DNA from: an uncultured Nitrospiraceae bacterium
Lineage (GTDB): Bacteria > Hydrogenedentota > Hydrogenedentia > Hydrogenedentales > SLHB01
NCBI GenBank assembly: GCA_964425145.1
Contig: CAYRLQ010000098.1
Coordinates: forward strand, 1-13,633
DNA length: 13,633 nucleotides
Reading direction: 5' to 3'
How positions within the stretch are numbered: position 1 is the stretch's first letter; every line of letters starts with the position of its first letter. Of this stretch, positions 6,472 through 13,633 are shown piece by piece. The notes below the pieces were generated by a model, which saw only the letters and a program-made list of their open reading frames with translations, had not been told where the DNA came from and made no database searches. Position numbers and translations under genes: made by a program.

Positions 6472-7725
6472 CTATTCGTGCAGGCGCTCGATGTGGCCGC
6501 CCAAAGTTGCCAAGCGCTCTTCAATACGTTCGTAGCCCCGGTCAAGGTGGTACACGCGCGAGATGACCGTCTCGCCCCTTTCGGCGGCGAGTCCGGCGAT
6601 GATGAGGGCAGCGCTTGCTCGCAGGTCCGATGCCATGACGGGCGCGCCGCTCAGATGGGAGACGCCGCGGACGATGGCCGCGTTGCCGTCCAGGTGAATG
6701 TCAGCGCCCATGCGTTTGAGTTCCGCCACTTGCATGAACCGGTTTTCGAAGACGGTTTCCTTGATAACGCTGACGCCTTCGGCCAGGCAAAGCAGGGCCA
6801 TCATCTGGGCCTGAAGGTCCGTGGGAAACCTTGGAAACGGCCCGGTCGCGACATCCACGGCACGCAGCGCGTTGGGCGCGGAAGCCCGAATTCGAGCGCC
6901 GTGCACTTCGACCTCGGCGCCGGCGGCCTCGAGTTTCTCGAGGAAGTTTGGCAAGTGGGTCGCGTCGGCGTTTTCCACAATCACATCGCCGTGCGTGGCC
7001 ACACCGGCAAGAAGAAATGAGCCCGCCTCGATACGGTCCGGGATCACGGTGTGTTCGGCGCCGCCCAGCGCGCCCACGCCGGTAATTGTGATCTGGTCCG
7101 CGCCCGCGCCGGAGATACGCGCGCCCAGCGCGTTGAGAAACCGGGCCAGGTCTACGATCTCGGGCTCACGGGCCGCATTGCCCAGACGTGTGACCCCTTC
7201 GGCCCGGCACGCCGCCATCATGAGGTTCTCCGTCGCGCCGACGCTCGGGAACTTGAGGTGGACATTCGCACCTTTGAGCCGTCCTTCGGCTATAACATAG
7301 CCGTCCTCGATGGCAATTCGGGCCCCAAGTGCTTCAAGTCCTTTGAGGTGAATGTCGACCGGACGGGTGCCGATGGCGCAACCACCCGGCAGCGACACGT
7401 GCGCGCGGCCAAACCGCCCCAGCAACGGCCCCAGCACGAAAAAAGTCGCCCGCATCTTCCGCACCAGGTCGTAATGAGCCTTCTGGGAAGTAATCGTGGA
7501 TGCGTCGAGCGTCGCCGTGTGCTGCACAAACTTGCTGGTGACGCCCATAGATGACAGGAGCTTTTCCATCGAATAGACGTCGGCCAGGCAAGGGACATTG
7601 TGCAGCACGCACGGTTCCTCGGCCAAGATGGTCGCCGCCATCAGGGGCAGGGCCGAGTTCTTCGCACCGCGCACGGGCACGCTACCTCGCAACGGCGTGC
7701 CGCCCTGTATCCGAATCTTATCCAC
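6472..7725 (-). CDS. murA: UDP-N-acetylglucosamine 1-carboxyvinyltransferase (MurA), GTG start.
   Basis: 417 aa. N-terminal [28 protein letters not shown], the active-site Cys loop [16 protein letters not shown], and full-length EPSP-synthase-like fold-family pattern. Confidence 0.9.
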   Translation of the reverse strand: MDKIRIQGGTPLRGSVPVRGAKNSALPLMAATILAEEPCVLHNVPCLADVYSMEKLLSSMGVTSKFVQHTATLDASTITSQKAHYDLVRKMRATFFVLGPLLGRFGRAHVSLPGGCAIGTRPVDIHLKGLEALGARIAIEDGYVIAEGRLKGANVHLKFPSVGATENLMMAACRAEGVTRLGNAAREPEIVDLARFLNALGARISGAGADQITITGVGALGGAEHTVIPDRIEAGSFLLAGVATHGDVIVENADATHLPNFLEKLEAAGAEVEVHGARIRASAPNALRAVDVATGPFPRFPTDLQAQMMALLCLAEGVSVIKETVFENRFMQVAELKRMGADIHLDGNAAIVRGVSHLSGAPVMASDLRASAALIIAGLAAERGETVISRVYHLDRGYERIEERLATLGGHIERLHE

Positions 7726-7969
7726 AGTCGATTTCTCGTCGGCCGAATTGATCTGATGTAACGTCCTCTGAGATTACCATAGCACGGCGCAGGAGGCCTC
7801 CATTTTCCGCACCCGGTGCTTGAGAACGACGGCAAAGAGTCTCACGCAAAGGCGCAAAGCTCGCGAAGTTCCCCGATCTATTGATGTCTTGGCGTCTTTG
7901 CGCGATTTTCTCCATCGCGCTCGCAAACCCGTCATAGCACATAGTCAACAAAGGTGTGAGCCCAAAGCA

Positions 7970-7987
7970 CTCGCTTCGGGCCTGAAG
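7970..7987 (-). terminator. Weak candidate hairpin downstream of secG (stem CGCTTC/GAAGCG, 6-nt loop).
   Basis: Inverted repeat cgcttcgggcctgaagcg. On the minus strand it is followed by agtgctttggg, with only a few U residues, so intrinsic-terminator character is weak. Confidence 0.2.
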
Positions 7988-8002
7988 CGTCGCCTGGTTC
8001 GC

Positions 8003-8617
8003 TCAGGCGCCGCCTGCTGAGTCCTCGGGCTGCTCGGCGGGTGTAGGTTGTTGTTCAGCCGGGACCGGCTCGGGCGCCACGGTGACGGTCACCGTGCCAG
8101 GCGGCTCGGTGGTTTCCCCAGGTGCGGCCCCTTCGGTGGGAGGCACTTCCGGCGGTACGGTAACGGTCACTTCGCCGGCCTGCTCAGCGGCTCCCTCAGG
8201 TGGCGGGGGCACCGCTTTTTCCCCCGGGACAGCCTCGGAACCCTCGACGGCCGTGCCGAGGTCATCGAGCATGTCGTCGAGGCTTTCTCCTAATACGCCC
8301 ATCTCTCCCAGGACATCGGCCTCTTCGACCTTGTCCGGGGCGATGCCCTTGCCAAGGCGCCCCGATACCAGGGACATGGCCAAGGCGAGGATCATGAACA
8401 CGGCGGCCATGACGTGGGTCAGCCGAACGGGCAGACTCTGGCTTGCCCGGGGACCGAACACCGTGTCCGAGCCGGGGCCGATGCCAAATGCGCCGGCGAA
8501 GCCGGTCCCTTTGCCCTTTTGCAACAGGACAATCACGATGAGGCCGGCGCAACTGGGCACGTAGAGGATCAACATCAGCCACCACAACGTTTCCCAACGC
8601 CAGATGAATTCCCACAT
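8003..8617 (-). CDS. secG: Preprotein translocase subunit SecG with an unusually long (~110 aa) Pro/Thr/Glu/Val-rich low-complexity C-terminal extension.
   Basis: SecG signature LLQKGKGTGFAGAFGIGPGSDTVFGPRASQ....THVMAAVFMILALAMSLV, with two TM helices. Position immediately after tpiA (27-bp gap) matches the conserved tpiA-secG synteny. SD AAGGAAAA lies upstream of the ATG at 8617. Confidence 0.75.
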   Translation of the reverse strand: MWEFIWRWETLWWLMLILYVPSCAGLIVIVLLQKGKGTGFAGAFGIGPGSDTVFGPRASQSLPVRLTHVMAAVFMILALAMSLVSGRLGKGIAPDKVEEADVLGEMGVLGESLDDMLDDLGTAVEGSEAVPGEKAVPPPPEGAAEQAGEVTVTVPPEVPPTEGAAPGETTEPPGTVTVTVAPEPVPAEQQPTPAEQPEDSAGGA

Positions 8618-8644
8618 ACCAACTGTTTTCCTTATGCTGTTTGA

Positions 8645-9400
8645 CTAAACCGCCGCCTTGACGATGGCGGCGAAACTATCGGCCTTGAGCGAGGCGCCCC
8701 CGACCAGCGCGCCGTCCACATCGGGTTTGGCCATCAACTCGGCCGCGTTATCCGGTTTAACGCTGCCGCCGTATTGAATTCGGACTTGCTCCGCAACGGC
8801 TTCCCCGAACTCCTCGGCCACAAGCCCCCGCACAAACGCGTGGGCCTCCTCGGCCTGCTCCGGGGTTGCAGTAACACCAGTGCCGATGGCCCAGACGGGT
8901 TCATATGCGATGGCGAGCTTGTCGAAATCGGTTCCAGCCAGGTTGACGAGGCCATCAGCGACTTGGCGCCTCAACACGTCGTTCATCCTGCCGCCTTCAC
9001 GCTCCTCAAGGCTCTCGCCGACGCAGAACATAACCTTCAACCCAGCAGCCAGGGCGAACTTAACCTTCTCGTTCAAGAAGGCGTCGGATTCCTTGAAATA
9101 CTGGCGACGTTCGCTATGGCCGACAATGGTCCACGTGCATCCCACGTCCAGCAGCATCTGCGGTGAAATTTCACCCGTATAGGCGCCGCTTTCCTTGGTG
9201 TAACAGTTCTGGCCGCCCATCTCGACGTTTGACCCCCTGAGGGCTTCACCGACGGCATACAGCGCCGCAAAAGTCGGGCAAACCACCACATCAACGGTCG
9301 AGACGTCCCGAGCGAGCGGCTTGATGGCATTGACCAGGCCGACGGCGTCGCCGACCCGCAGATTCATCTTCCAATTTCCAGCGACAAGCGGTTTTCTCAC
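8645..9400 (-). CDS. tpiA: Triosephosphate isomerase. Start moved to the GTG at 9400; the ORF-track start at 9529 is an upstream in-frame extension.
   Basis: The conserved TIM N-terminus RKPLVAGNWKMN begins directly after GTG (9400..9398), which is preceded by GAAGGG. Catalytic and loop motifs present: NAIKPL..., IVGHSERR, VIACVGE-like FCVGESLEERE, IAYEPVWAIGTG, and the QYGGSV phosphate-binding loop. Confidence 0.9.
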   Translation of the reverse strand: MRKPLVAGNWKMNLRVGDAVGLVNAIKPLARDVSTVDVVVCPTFAALYAVGEALRGSNVEMGGQNCYTKESGAYTGEISPQMLLDVGCTWTIVGHSERRQYFKESDAFLNEKVKFALAAGLKVMFCVGESLEEREGGRMNDVLRRQVADGLVNLAGTDFDKLAIAYEPVWAIGTGVTATPEQAEEAHAFVRGLVAEEFGEAVAEQVRIQYGGSVKPDNAAELMAKPDVDGALVGGASLKADSFAAIVKAAV

Positions 9401-9536
9401 GGCAATACCCTTCGCTAAACAGCTACGACAGCCCTGCAAATCCTGCCCGAATCGTAGCACAACCTCTCGGAACAACGCAAGATGAGTTGCTGGCAGTCCA
9501 CTGCTGGTGGCCGGTTTTTCAACCGGCAACTATTAA

Positions 9537-9761
9537 CTAAGTACCGCTCAACACAATTAAGATCACACAATGGGGCGGAGTATATCCCCAGCACGTCATT
9601 GCGAGGAGCGAAGCGACGCGGCAATCTCGCTCCGGCCAAGTCCTTGCACTTAAGGAGATTGCCGCGCTCCCTGCGGTCGCTCGCAATGACGGGGGCGGTG
9701 GTTGCCTCCCGCAAGCCGCTGAACCCGATTTGTGGCCTTATTTGTGTTGAGCAGTACTAAG
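9537..9761. mobile_element. MITE-like non-coding element: 25-bp terminal inverted repeats (CTAAGTACCGCTCAACACAATTAAG ... CTTATTTGTGTTGAGCAGTACTAAG) enclosing an internal long imperfect palindrome (arms 9595..9628 and 9655..9690).
   Basis: Read directly. Outer arms match 22/25 as reverse complements. Inner arms share perfect 11-bp (gtcattgcgag) and 13-bp (cgcggcaatctc) segments around an internal mismatch bubble. No plausible ORF; sits in the 434-bp divergent intergenic region. Confidence 0.4.
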
Positions 9762-9834
9762 TGCGAGGCGCGAAGTGCTGAGTGCGCGAAGGTGGAGCGT
9801 CGGCGTACCGCCCATGCACTGAAGGAGAGGAACG

Positions 9835-11316
9835 ATGAGAAAATGGAGCTTGATGATTCTATTGACAGTGCTCGTTGCCATTGCGAGCCAGGCCGAGCTG
9901 CAGAATGTCGAGGCTGGTCCGGTTATACAGCGCCGACTCGACGTGAAGCTCGTGGATCCGCTCAAAGGCGCGTTCGAGGGGGCCGAGACGACCCTCGAGA
10001 ACCAAACAGACCTTGCCGTGACCGTGTATAATAACAACCTGGCGCTCGTGCGGGACCGGCGCAAGGTCGAGCTGTATCCGGGCCATGTTTCGTTGCAGTT
10101 TGCGGATGTCGCACAACAAATCCGGCCGGAAACGGTGAGCCTGGAGTCAATTTCGGAGCCGGGAAAGCTGCATATCCTGGAACAGAACTATGAGTATGAC
10201 CTGATGAGCCCGTCAAAGTTGATGGAGAAATACGTTGGGAAACCGGTGCGGCTGGTGAATTTCAGCACGGAGATCGGGTTCACCGAGGTCGAGGCGCAAC
10301 TGTTGAGCATCAATGAGGGCCCGATCTACCAGGTGGGCGATGAAATCTACCTTGGACATCCGGGCCACGTGGTGCTGCCGGAAATCCCCGAGAACCTGAT
10401 CGCGAAGCCGTCGCTGATCTGGCTCCTGGACAATGATGGCACGGACCATGAGATCGAGGTGACATACCTGACCGGCGGCATCGACTGGCGTGCGGATTAC
10501 GTGATCACGCTGGACCGCGACGAGACCACGATGGACCTGACGGGCTGGGTGACCCTCAAGAATCAATCAGGCGCGACGTATACCAATACGCGGTTGAAAG
10601 TGGTCGCGGGCGAGGTACACATCGCGCAACCGGCCGTCAGAGAAGCCTATGGCCGCGGCGGGCGGATGCTCGCGGCCAAGGTCGCTCCGATGCGCGAGGA
10701 AACGTTTGCGGAATATCATCTGTACACACTCCCGCGCCGGACCACGATCAAAGAGAACCAATCCAAACAGGTGAACCTGCTCAGCGCTGCGGGAATTCGC
10801 GCGAAGAAGGTATACGAGTTTCGCGGCAACGAATCGTTCTATAGCGGACCCGTGCCACCCCTGAAGGACCAGAAAGTGGCAGTGTTTCTCAAATTCACTA
10901 ACAAGAAGGAGAATCAATTGGGCATTCCCCTGCCGGCGGGCGTGATGCGGATTTACCAGGAGGACAGCGAGGGGATGCGGCAGTTCGCGGGCGAGGATCG
11001 CATCAAGCATACGCCCAAGGACGAGGATGTGAGGCTGCGGATGGGCAACGCGTTCGATGTGGTCGGCGAGCGCGTGCAGACCGATTACGAGCGTGTCGCG
11101 GAAAAGGTGCACGAATCGGCCTTCGAGATCAAAATCCGCAACCACAAAGAAAACGACATTACCGTGGATATCGTCGAACCGATGACGGGCGATTGGAAGA
11201 TCCTGAGCAAGTCCCACGACTTCGTGAAAAAAGATGCGCGCACGGCCGTGTTCTCCGTCCCCGTGGCCCAGGACGGCGAAGCGGTGGTGACTTACCGCGT
11301 CCGTGTCAGGTATTAG
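9835..11316 (+). CDS. Secreted DUF4139/DUF4140-domain protein (TIGR02231 'mucoidy inhibitor MuiA'-like family).
   Basis: Signal peptide MRKWSLMILLTVLVAIASQA; SD GGAGAGG 5 nt upstream of the ATG. Long β-rich protein with motifs recalled from DUF4139 proteins: VTYLTGGIDWRADYV, MDLTGWVTLKNQSGATYTNTRLKVVAGEV. Family call is from memory. Confidence 0.55.
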   Translation: MRKWSLMILLTVLVAIASQAELQNVEAGPVIQRRLDVKLVDPLKGAFEGAETTLENQTDLAVTVYNNNLALVRDRRKVELYPGHVSLQFADVAQQIRPETVSLESISEPGKLHILEQNYEYDLMSPSKLMEKYVGKPVRLVNFSTEIGFTEVEAQLLSINEGPIYQVGDEIYLGHPGHVVLPEIPENLIAKPSLIWLLDNDGTDHEIEVTYLTGGIDWRADYVITLDRDETTMDLTGWVTLKNQSGATYTNTRLKVVAGEVHIAQPAVREAYGRGGRMLAAKVAPMREETFAEYHLYTLPRRTTIKENQSKQVNLLSAAGIRAKKVYEFRGNESFYSGPVPPLKDQKVAVFLKFTNKKENQLGIPLPAGVMRIYQEDSEGMRQFAGEDRIKHTPKDEDVRLRMGNAFDVVGERVQTDYERVAEKVHESAFEIKIRNHKENDITVDIVEPMTGDWKILSKSHDFVKKDARTAVFSVPVAQDGEAVVTYRVRVRY

Positions 11317-11412
11317 ATAGTTTCTGCTGCGGAAAGGCCAACGGATTGGGACAAGGGTTCTTTTACTATCATCCTGAGCGACGCGAAAGGTCTCGAAACA
11401 CCGTAAACCCTT

Positions 11413-11432
11413 GTGAAATCGAGGTTTTTCAC
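11413..11432 (+). terminator. Candidate hairpin (GTGAAA/TTTCAC stem, U-containing loop) downstream of the DUF4139 gene. A larger 9-bp stem (acaagggtt / aacccttgt) with a 46-nt loop lies at 11351..11414.
   Basis: Inverted repeats read directly. No clean U-tract after the stem, so terminator function is uncertain. Confidence 0.2.
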
Positions 11433-11464
11433 TGCTCTTAGAATGACCGTGAGGGGTGGCTTTG

Positions 11465-12109
11465 ATGAGAACGCTGACAGCGGCGCAGATGCGCGAGGCT
11501 GACAGGCGATGTATTGAAGATATCGGCATTCCCGGCGCAGTGTTGATGAATAGTGCCGGGGGCGCGGTATTCCGCGAGATCGATCGAGGACCGGTCGGCG
11601 TGGTTTGCGGAAAAGGCAATAACGGCGGGGACGGGTACGTGGTCGCGCGGCTGGCCATACTGGCAGGATTTGAAACCCGTGTAGTACTGCTGGCGAGGCC
11701 CGATGAGATTCGGGGTGACGCGGCGACGTTTATGCAGGTGTACCAGAATCTGGGCGGCGAGATTCTGAGCGTAATCGAGGAGGACGCGGCGGAGGAGGCC
11801 GTTGCGGGATTGAAAGATTGCGCCGTGTTAGTGGACGCGCTCTTGGGAACAGGGATAACCGGCACGGTGCACGGACCAGCTCGTGCAGCCATCGAGGCGT
11901 GGCCGGCCGTGCGGACGATTGCGGTGGACTTGCCCTCGGGGCTCAACGCGGACACTGGTGAGGTTTGCGGATGTTGCGTCAAGGCTGATGTGACCGTGAC
12001 TTTTGGGTTCGCTAAGAAGGGTTTTGAAAATCCCACAGCCCGGAACTATATCGGCCGCTTGGTCGTGGCGGACATCGGCATTCCGGAAGTCTGCGCCGAA
12101 GGGTTGTAA
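11465..12109 (+). CDS. nnrE: NAD(P)H-hydrate epimerase (YjeF N-terminal domain only; not fused to the ADP-dependent dehydratase domain).
   Basis: Diagnostic YjeF_N motif VVCGKGNNGGDGYVVAR. SD GAGGGG lies 8 nt upstream of the ATG at 11465; the track's 11456 GTG start is less well placed. The protein is only ~214 aa, so no C-terminal carbohydrate-kinase-like dehydratase domain is present. Confidence 0.75.
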   Translation: MRTLTAAQMREADRRCIEDIGIPGAVLMNSAGGAVFREIDRGPVGVVCGKGNNGGDGYVVARLAILAGFETRVVLLARPDEIRGDAATFMQVYQNLGGEILSVIEEDAAEEAVAGLKDCAVLVDALLGTGITGTVHGPARAAIEAWPAVRTIAVDLPSGLNADTGEVCGCCVKADVTVTFGFAKKGFENPTARNYIGRLVVADIGIPEVCAEGL

Positions 12110-12185
12110 ACCACGGCTACGGCCGGTGCGGCATTACCGTAATCCGATTGGCCACGAAAACACACCAATCAATAGGCTGAGAACA

Positions 12186-12227
12186 CCCTCAAACGGGTTT
12201 GAGGGCGCCCCCAGCCGCATTTGAGGG
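12186..12227 (+). other. Hairpin ccctcaaacgggtttgaggg (8-bp stem) followed by a third copy of tttgaggg; possible terminator/attenuator or REP-like element between nnrE and thpR.
   Basis: Read directly. Followed by cgccccc rather than a U-tract. Confidence 0.2.
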
Positions 12228-12267
12228 TCTTTGCGCACGTGAAACCGACAGCTAATTCAGAGGGGTC

Positions 12268-12822
12268 GTGCGGACATTTATTGCGATCGAGCTGCCGAAA
12301 GCGGTGAAAGAGGCACTCGGGGCGCTGAGCAACCGGTTGCGTCGGTCTGGGGCGAAGGCGACCTGGGTGCAGCCTGAGAACGTACACCTGACGCTCCGGT
12401 TTCTGGGGGATGTGTCGGAAAGCGTCGTAAACAAGCTGGGCGAGCGCCTGGCCGTGGCCTACCAGGATTTGGAACCATTCACGTTGTCGATGGCGCGCAC
12501 GGGCGCGTTTCCGAACCTGCGCAGGCCGCGTGTGATTTGGGTGGGTGTGGGGCCGCTCGAGGGCGGACTGGCCGAGGCGCAGGCCATTGCCGAGGAAGCC
12601 GCGGTGTGGGTGGGGCTTGCACCCGAGAAGAGGCGGTTCCAGCCGCACTTGACCGTGGCGCGCATCCGGGACGCACGCGAACTTGGCGGCCTACCGATGT
12701 GCCTGGCCCAGGAAGCAGATTTCGCTGGTGGTGAATTCGTGGTGGAGAATGTGTCATTATTCTCGAGTCGGTTAACCCCGAATGGCCCCGTTTATCGGCG
12801 ATTAAAAGAGTTTTGTCTGTGA
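12268..12822 (+). CDS. thpR: RNA 2',3'-cyclic phosphodiesterase (2H phosphoesterase, LigT/ThpR family), GTG start.
   Basis: Two H-x-T-x motifs in the right context (HLTLRFLG and HLTVARI). N-terminus RTFIAIELP is typical of ThpR. 184 aa. Confidence 0.8.
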   Translation: MRTFIAIELPKAVKEALGALSNRLRRSGAKATWVQPENVHLTLRFLGDVSESVVNKLGERLAVAYQDLEPFTLSMARTGAFPNLRRPRVIWVGVGPLEGGLAEAQAIAEEAAVWVGLAPEKRRFQPHLTVARIRDARELGGLPMCLAQEADFAGGEFVVENVSLFSSRLTPNGPVYRRLKEFCL

Positions 12823-13094
12823 ACGATATCTTCATTCGAGCGGCGCGCAACTTACTGACGCTGTACATGCTGCTGATCTTGGTGCGCTGGGTGGCGTCCT
12901 GGATCGAGTTTGATATGATGGCGCCGCGCTGGCGCTGGATTCCCCGGTTGACTGACCCGCTGATAGACCTAATGCGCCGATTGTTGCCGTCGATGGGGCC
13001 AATGGACTTCGGACCGATAGCGGCGTTGTTCCTGGTATGGCTGGTCAGGCTCCTTTCGTGGAACTTGCTGCTGAGCGTGCAGTTCGGCCAATAG
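12819..13094 (+). CDS. yggT: YggT family (Ycf19-like) small integral membrane protein. Start taken at the GTG at 12819 that overlaps the thpR stop (GTGA).
   Basis: Two hydrophobic helices flanking the conserved DPLIDLMRRLLP...DFGPIAALFLVWLV pattern of YggT proteins. 4-nt GTGA start/stop overlap with thpR suggests coupling. Confidence 0.6.
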   Translation: MNDIFIRAARNLLTLYMLLILVRWVASWIEFDMMAPRWRWIPRLTDPLIDLMRRLLPSMGPMDFGPIAALFLVWLVRLLSWNLLLSVQFGQ

Positions 13095-13126
13095 GGGGCA
13101 ACGTAAACTGGGGGGCTGCCTGCGGT

Positions 13127-13633
13127 ATGAGTGCTGAACACGGCGACTTCGACAGGGAACGCGATCGTATGGTAAGCGGGCAGATTGTCGCCCGGGGTGT
13201 GAAGGAGCCCCGCCTGCTCGAGGTCATGCGGCGCGTGCCCCGGCACCGTTTTGTGCTACCAGAATACCGCCACCAGGCCTATGTGGATCACCCGGTGCAA
13301 ATTGGCTGCGGGCAAACCATTTCCCAGCCGTACATGGTAGCCCTGATGACCGAATTGCTTGAGTTGACGCCGGAGGACCGGGTGTTGGAAATCGGTACCG
13401 GGTCTGCGTATCAAACGGCGATCTTGGCCGAGTTAGCCAAGGAGGTGGTGACCATCGAGCGCCATGAACCCCTGGCTGATCGCGCGCGCGAACGGCTCGA
13501 GGAACTCGGGTACGACAACGTGGTTGTGCTGGCTGGGGACGGCACGCTGGGCTGTCCGGAGCACGCACCGTTTAACGCCATCCTGGTAACAGCGGCTGCA
13601 CCGCGCATCCCCTCCTCGTTGCGCGACCAGATG
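13127..13633 (+). CDS. pcm: Protein-L-isoaspartate O-methyltransferase, 5' partial (169 codons; runs off the window end). Not in the ORF track because no stop is reached.
   Basis: Hand translation from the ATG at 13127: MSAEHGDFDRERDRMVSGQIVARGV...IGCGQTISQPYMVALMTELLEL...VLEIGTGSAYQTAILAEL...VVLAGDGTLG. All are canonical Pcm motifs (GQTISQP, EIGTGSGYQ, GDG). Confidence 0.85.
   Translation, partial: MSAEHGDFDRERDRMVSGQIVARGVKEPRLLEVMRRVPRHRFVLPEYRHQAYVDHPVQIGCGQTISQPYMVALMTELLELTPEDRVLEIGTGSAYQTAILAELAKEVVTIERHEPLADRARERLEELGYDNVVVLAGDGTLGCPEHAPFNAILVTAAAPRIPSSLRDQM

Noticed and set aside
7718-8020. 77-aa minus-strand (7718..7951) and 66-aa plus-strand (7820..8020) ORFs in the secG/murA intergenic region
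   Set aside because: No RBS and no conserved motifs. The region is more plausibly the murA 5' UTR/promoter and contains only small hairpins (for example gcgcgat-tttctcc-atcgcgc at 7900..7920).
9401-9529. Longer tpiA N-terminus (ORF-track start 9529)
   Set aside because: The conserved TIM N-terminus RKPLVAGNWKMN begins right after the GTG at 9400, which has a GAAGGG SD. The extra 43 upstream residues have no counterpart in TIM proteins.
9415-9760. 92- and 99-aa ORFs (9482..9760 plus strand, 9415..9714 minus strand) in the tpiA/DUF4139 intergenic region
   Set aside because: Both overlap the palindromic/MITE-like element. Both are Arg-rich with no RBS and no domain signatures; they are better explained by the structured repeat than by coding.
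10567-12036. 489-aa minus-strand ORF
   Set aside because: Antisense to the DUF4139 gene and the nnrE epimerase gene (which has a diagnostic GKGNNGGDG motif). Composition is biased (Ser/Ala/Arg/Pro), with no RBS context.
12479-13246. 255-aa minus-strand ORF, plus the smaller minus ORFs at 13224..13568 and 13411..13608
   Set aside because: Antisense to thpR, yggT and pcm, all of which carry family-defining motifs on the plus strand.

Overview
High-GC bacterial chromosomal window with a housekeeping backbone and one unusual operon. On the minus strand the backbone is murA, secG (with a long Pro/Thr/Glu-rich C-terminal tail) and tpiA. On the plus strand it is a secreted DUF4139/DUF4140 (MuiA-like) protein, a stand-alone NAD(P)H-hydrate epimerase, thpR, yggT and the 5' part of pcm, which runs off the window end. 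The most interesting content is a tightly packed, translationally coupled six-gene minus-strand operon, transcribed from ~6263 down to 231, between murA and the window start. In order of transcription it encodes: (1) a small all-helical protein; (2) an SPFH/band-7 protein with a Gly/Met-rich linker and three tandem double zinc ribbons (B. subtilis YdjI / COG4260-like); (3) a 2-TM membrane protein with a C-terminal zinc ribbon; (4) a radical SAM/SPASM enzyme with a fused N-terminal PqqD-like RiPP-recognition element, the architecture of sactipeptide/ranthipeptide thioether synthases; (5) a DUF2207-like membrane protein whose poly-Gly tail ends in a (Cys-Ala)n repeat encoded by a hexanucleotide microsatellite; (6) a class I SAM methyltransferase. 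No classical short precursor peptide gene is evident. The Cys-Ala tail, or other proteins of the operon, are candidate substrates. The operon is followed at the window start by at least 4 copies of a 59-bp tandem repeat that runs off the window. A ~225-bp MITE-like element with 25-bp terminal inverted repeats and a 34-bp-arm internal palindrome sits in the divergent tpiA/DUF4139 intergenic region. Several long antisense ORFs in the six-frame track are judged spurious.
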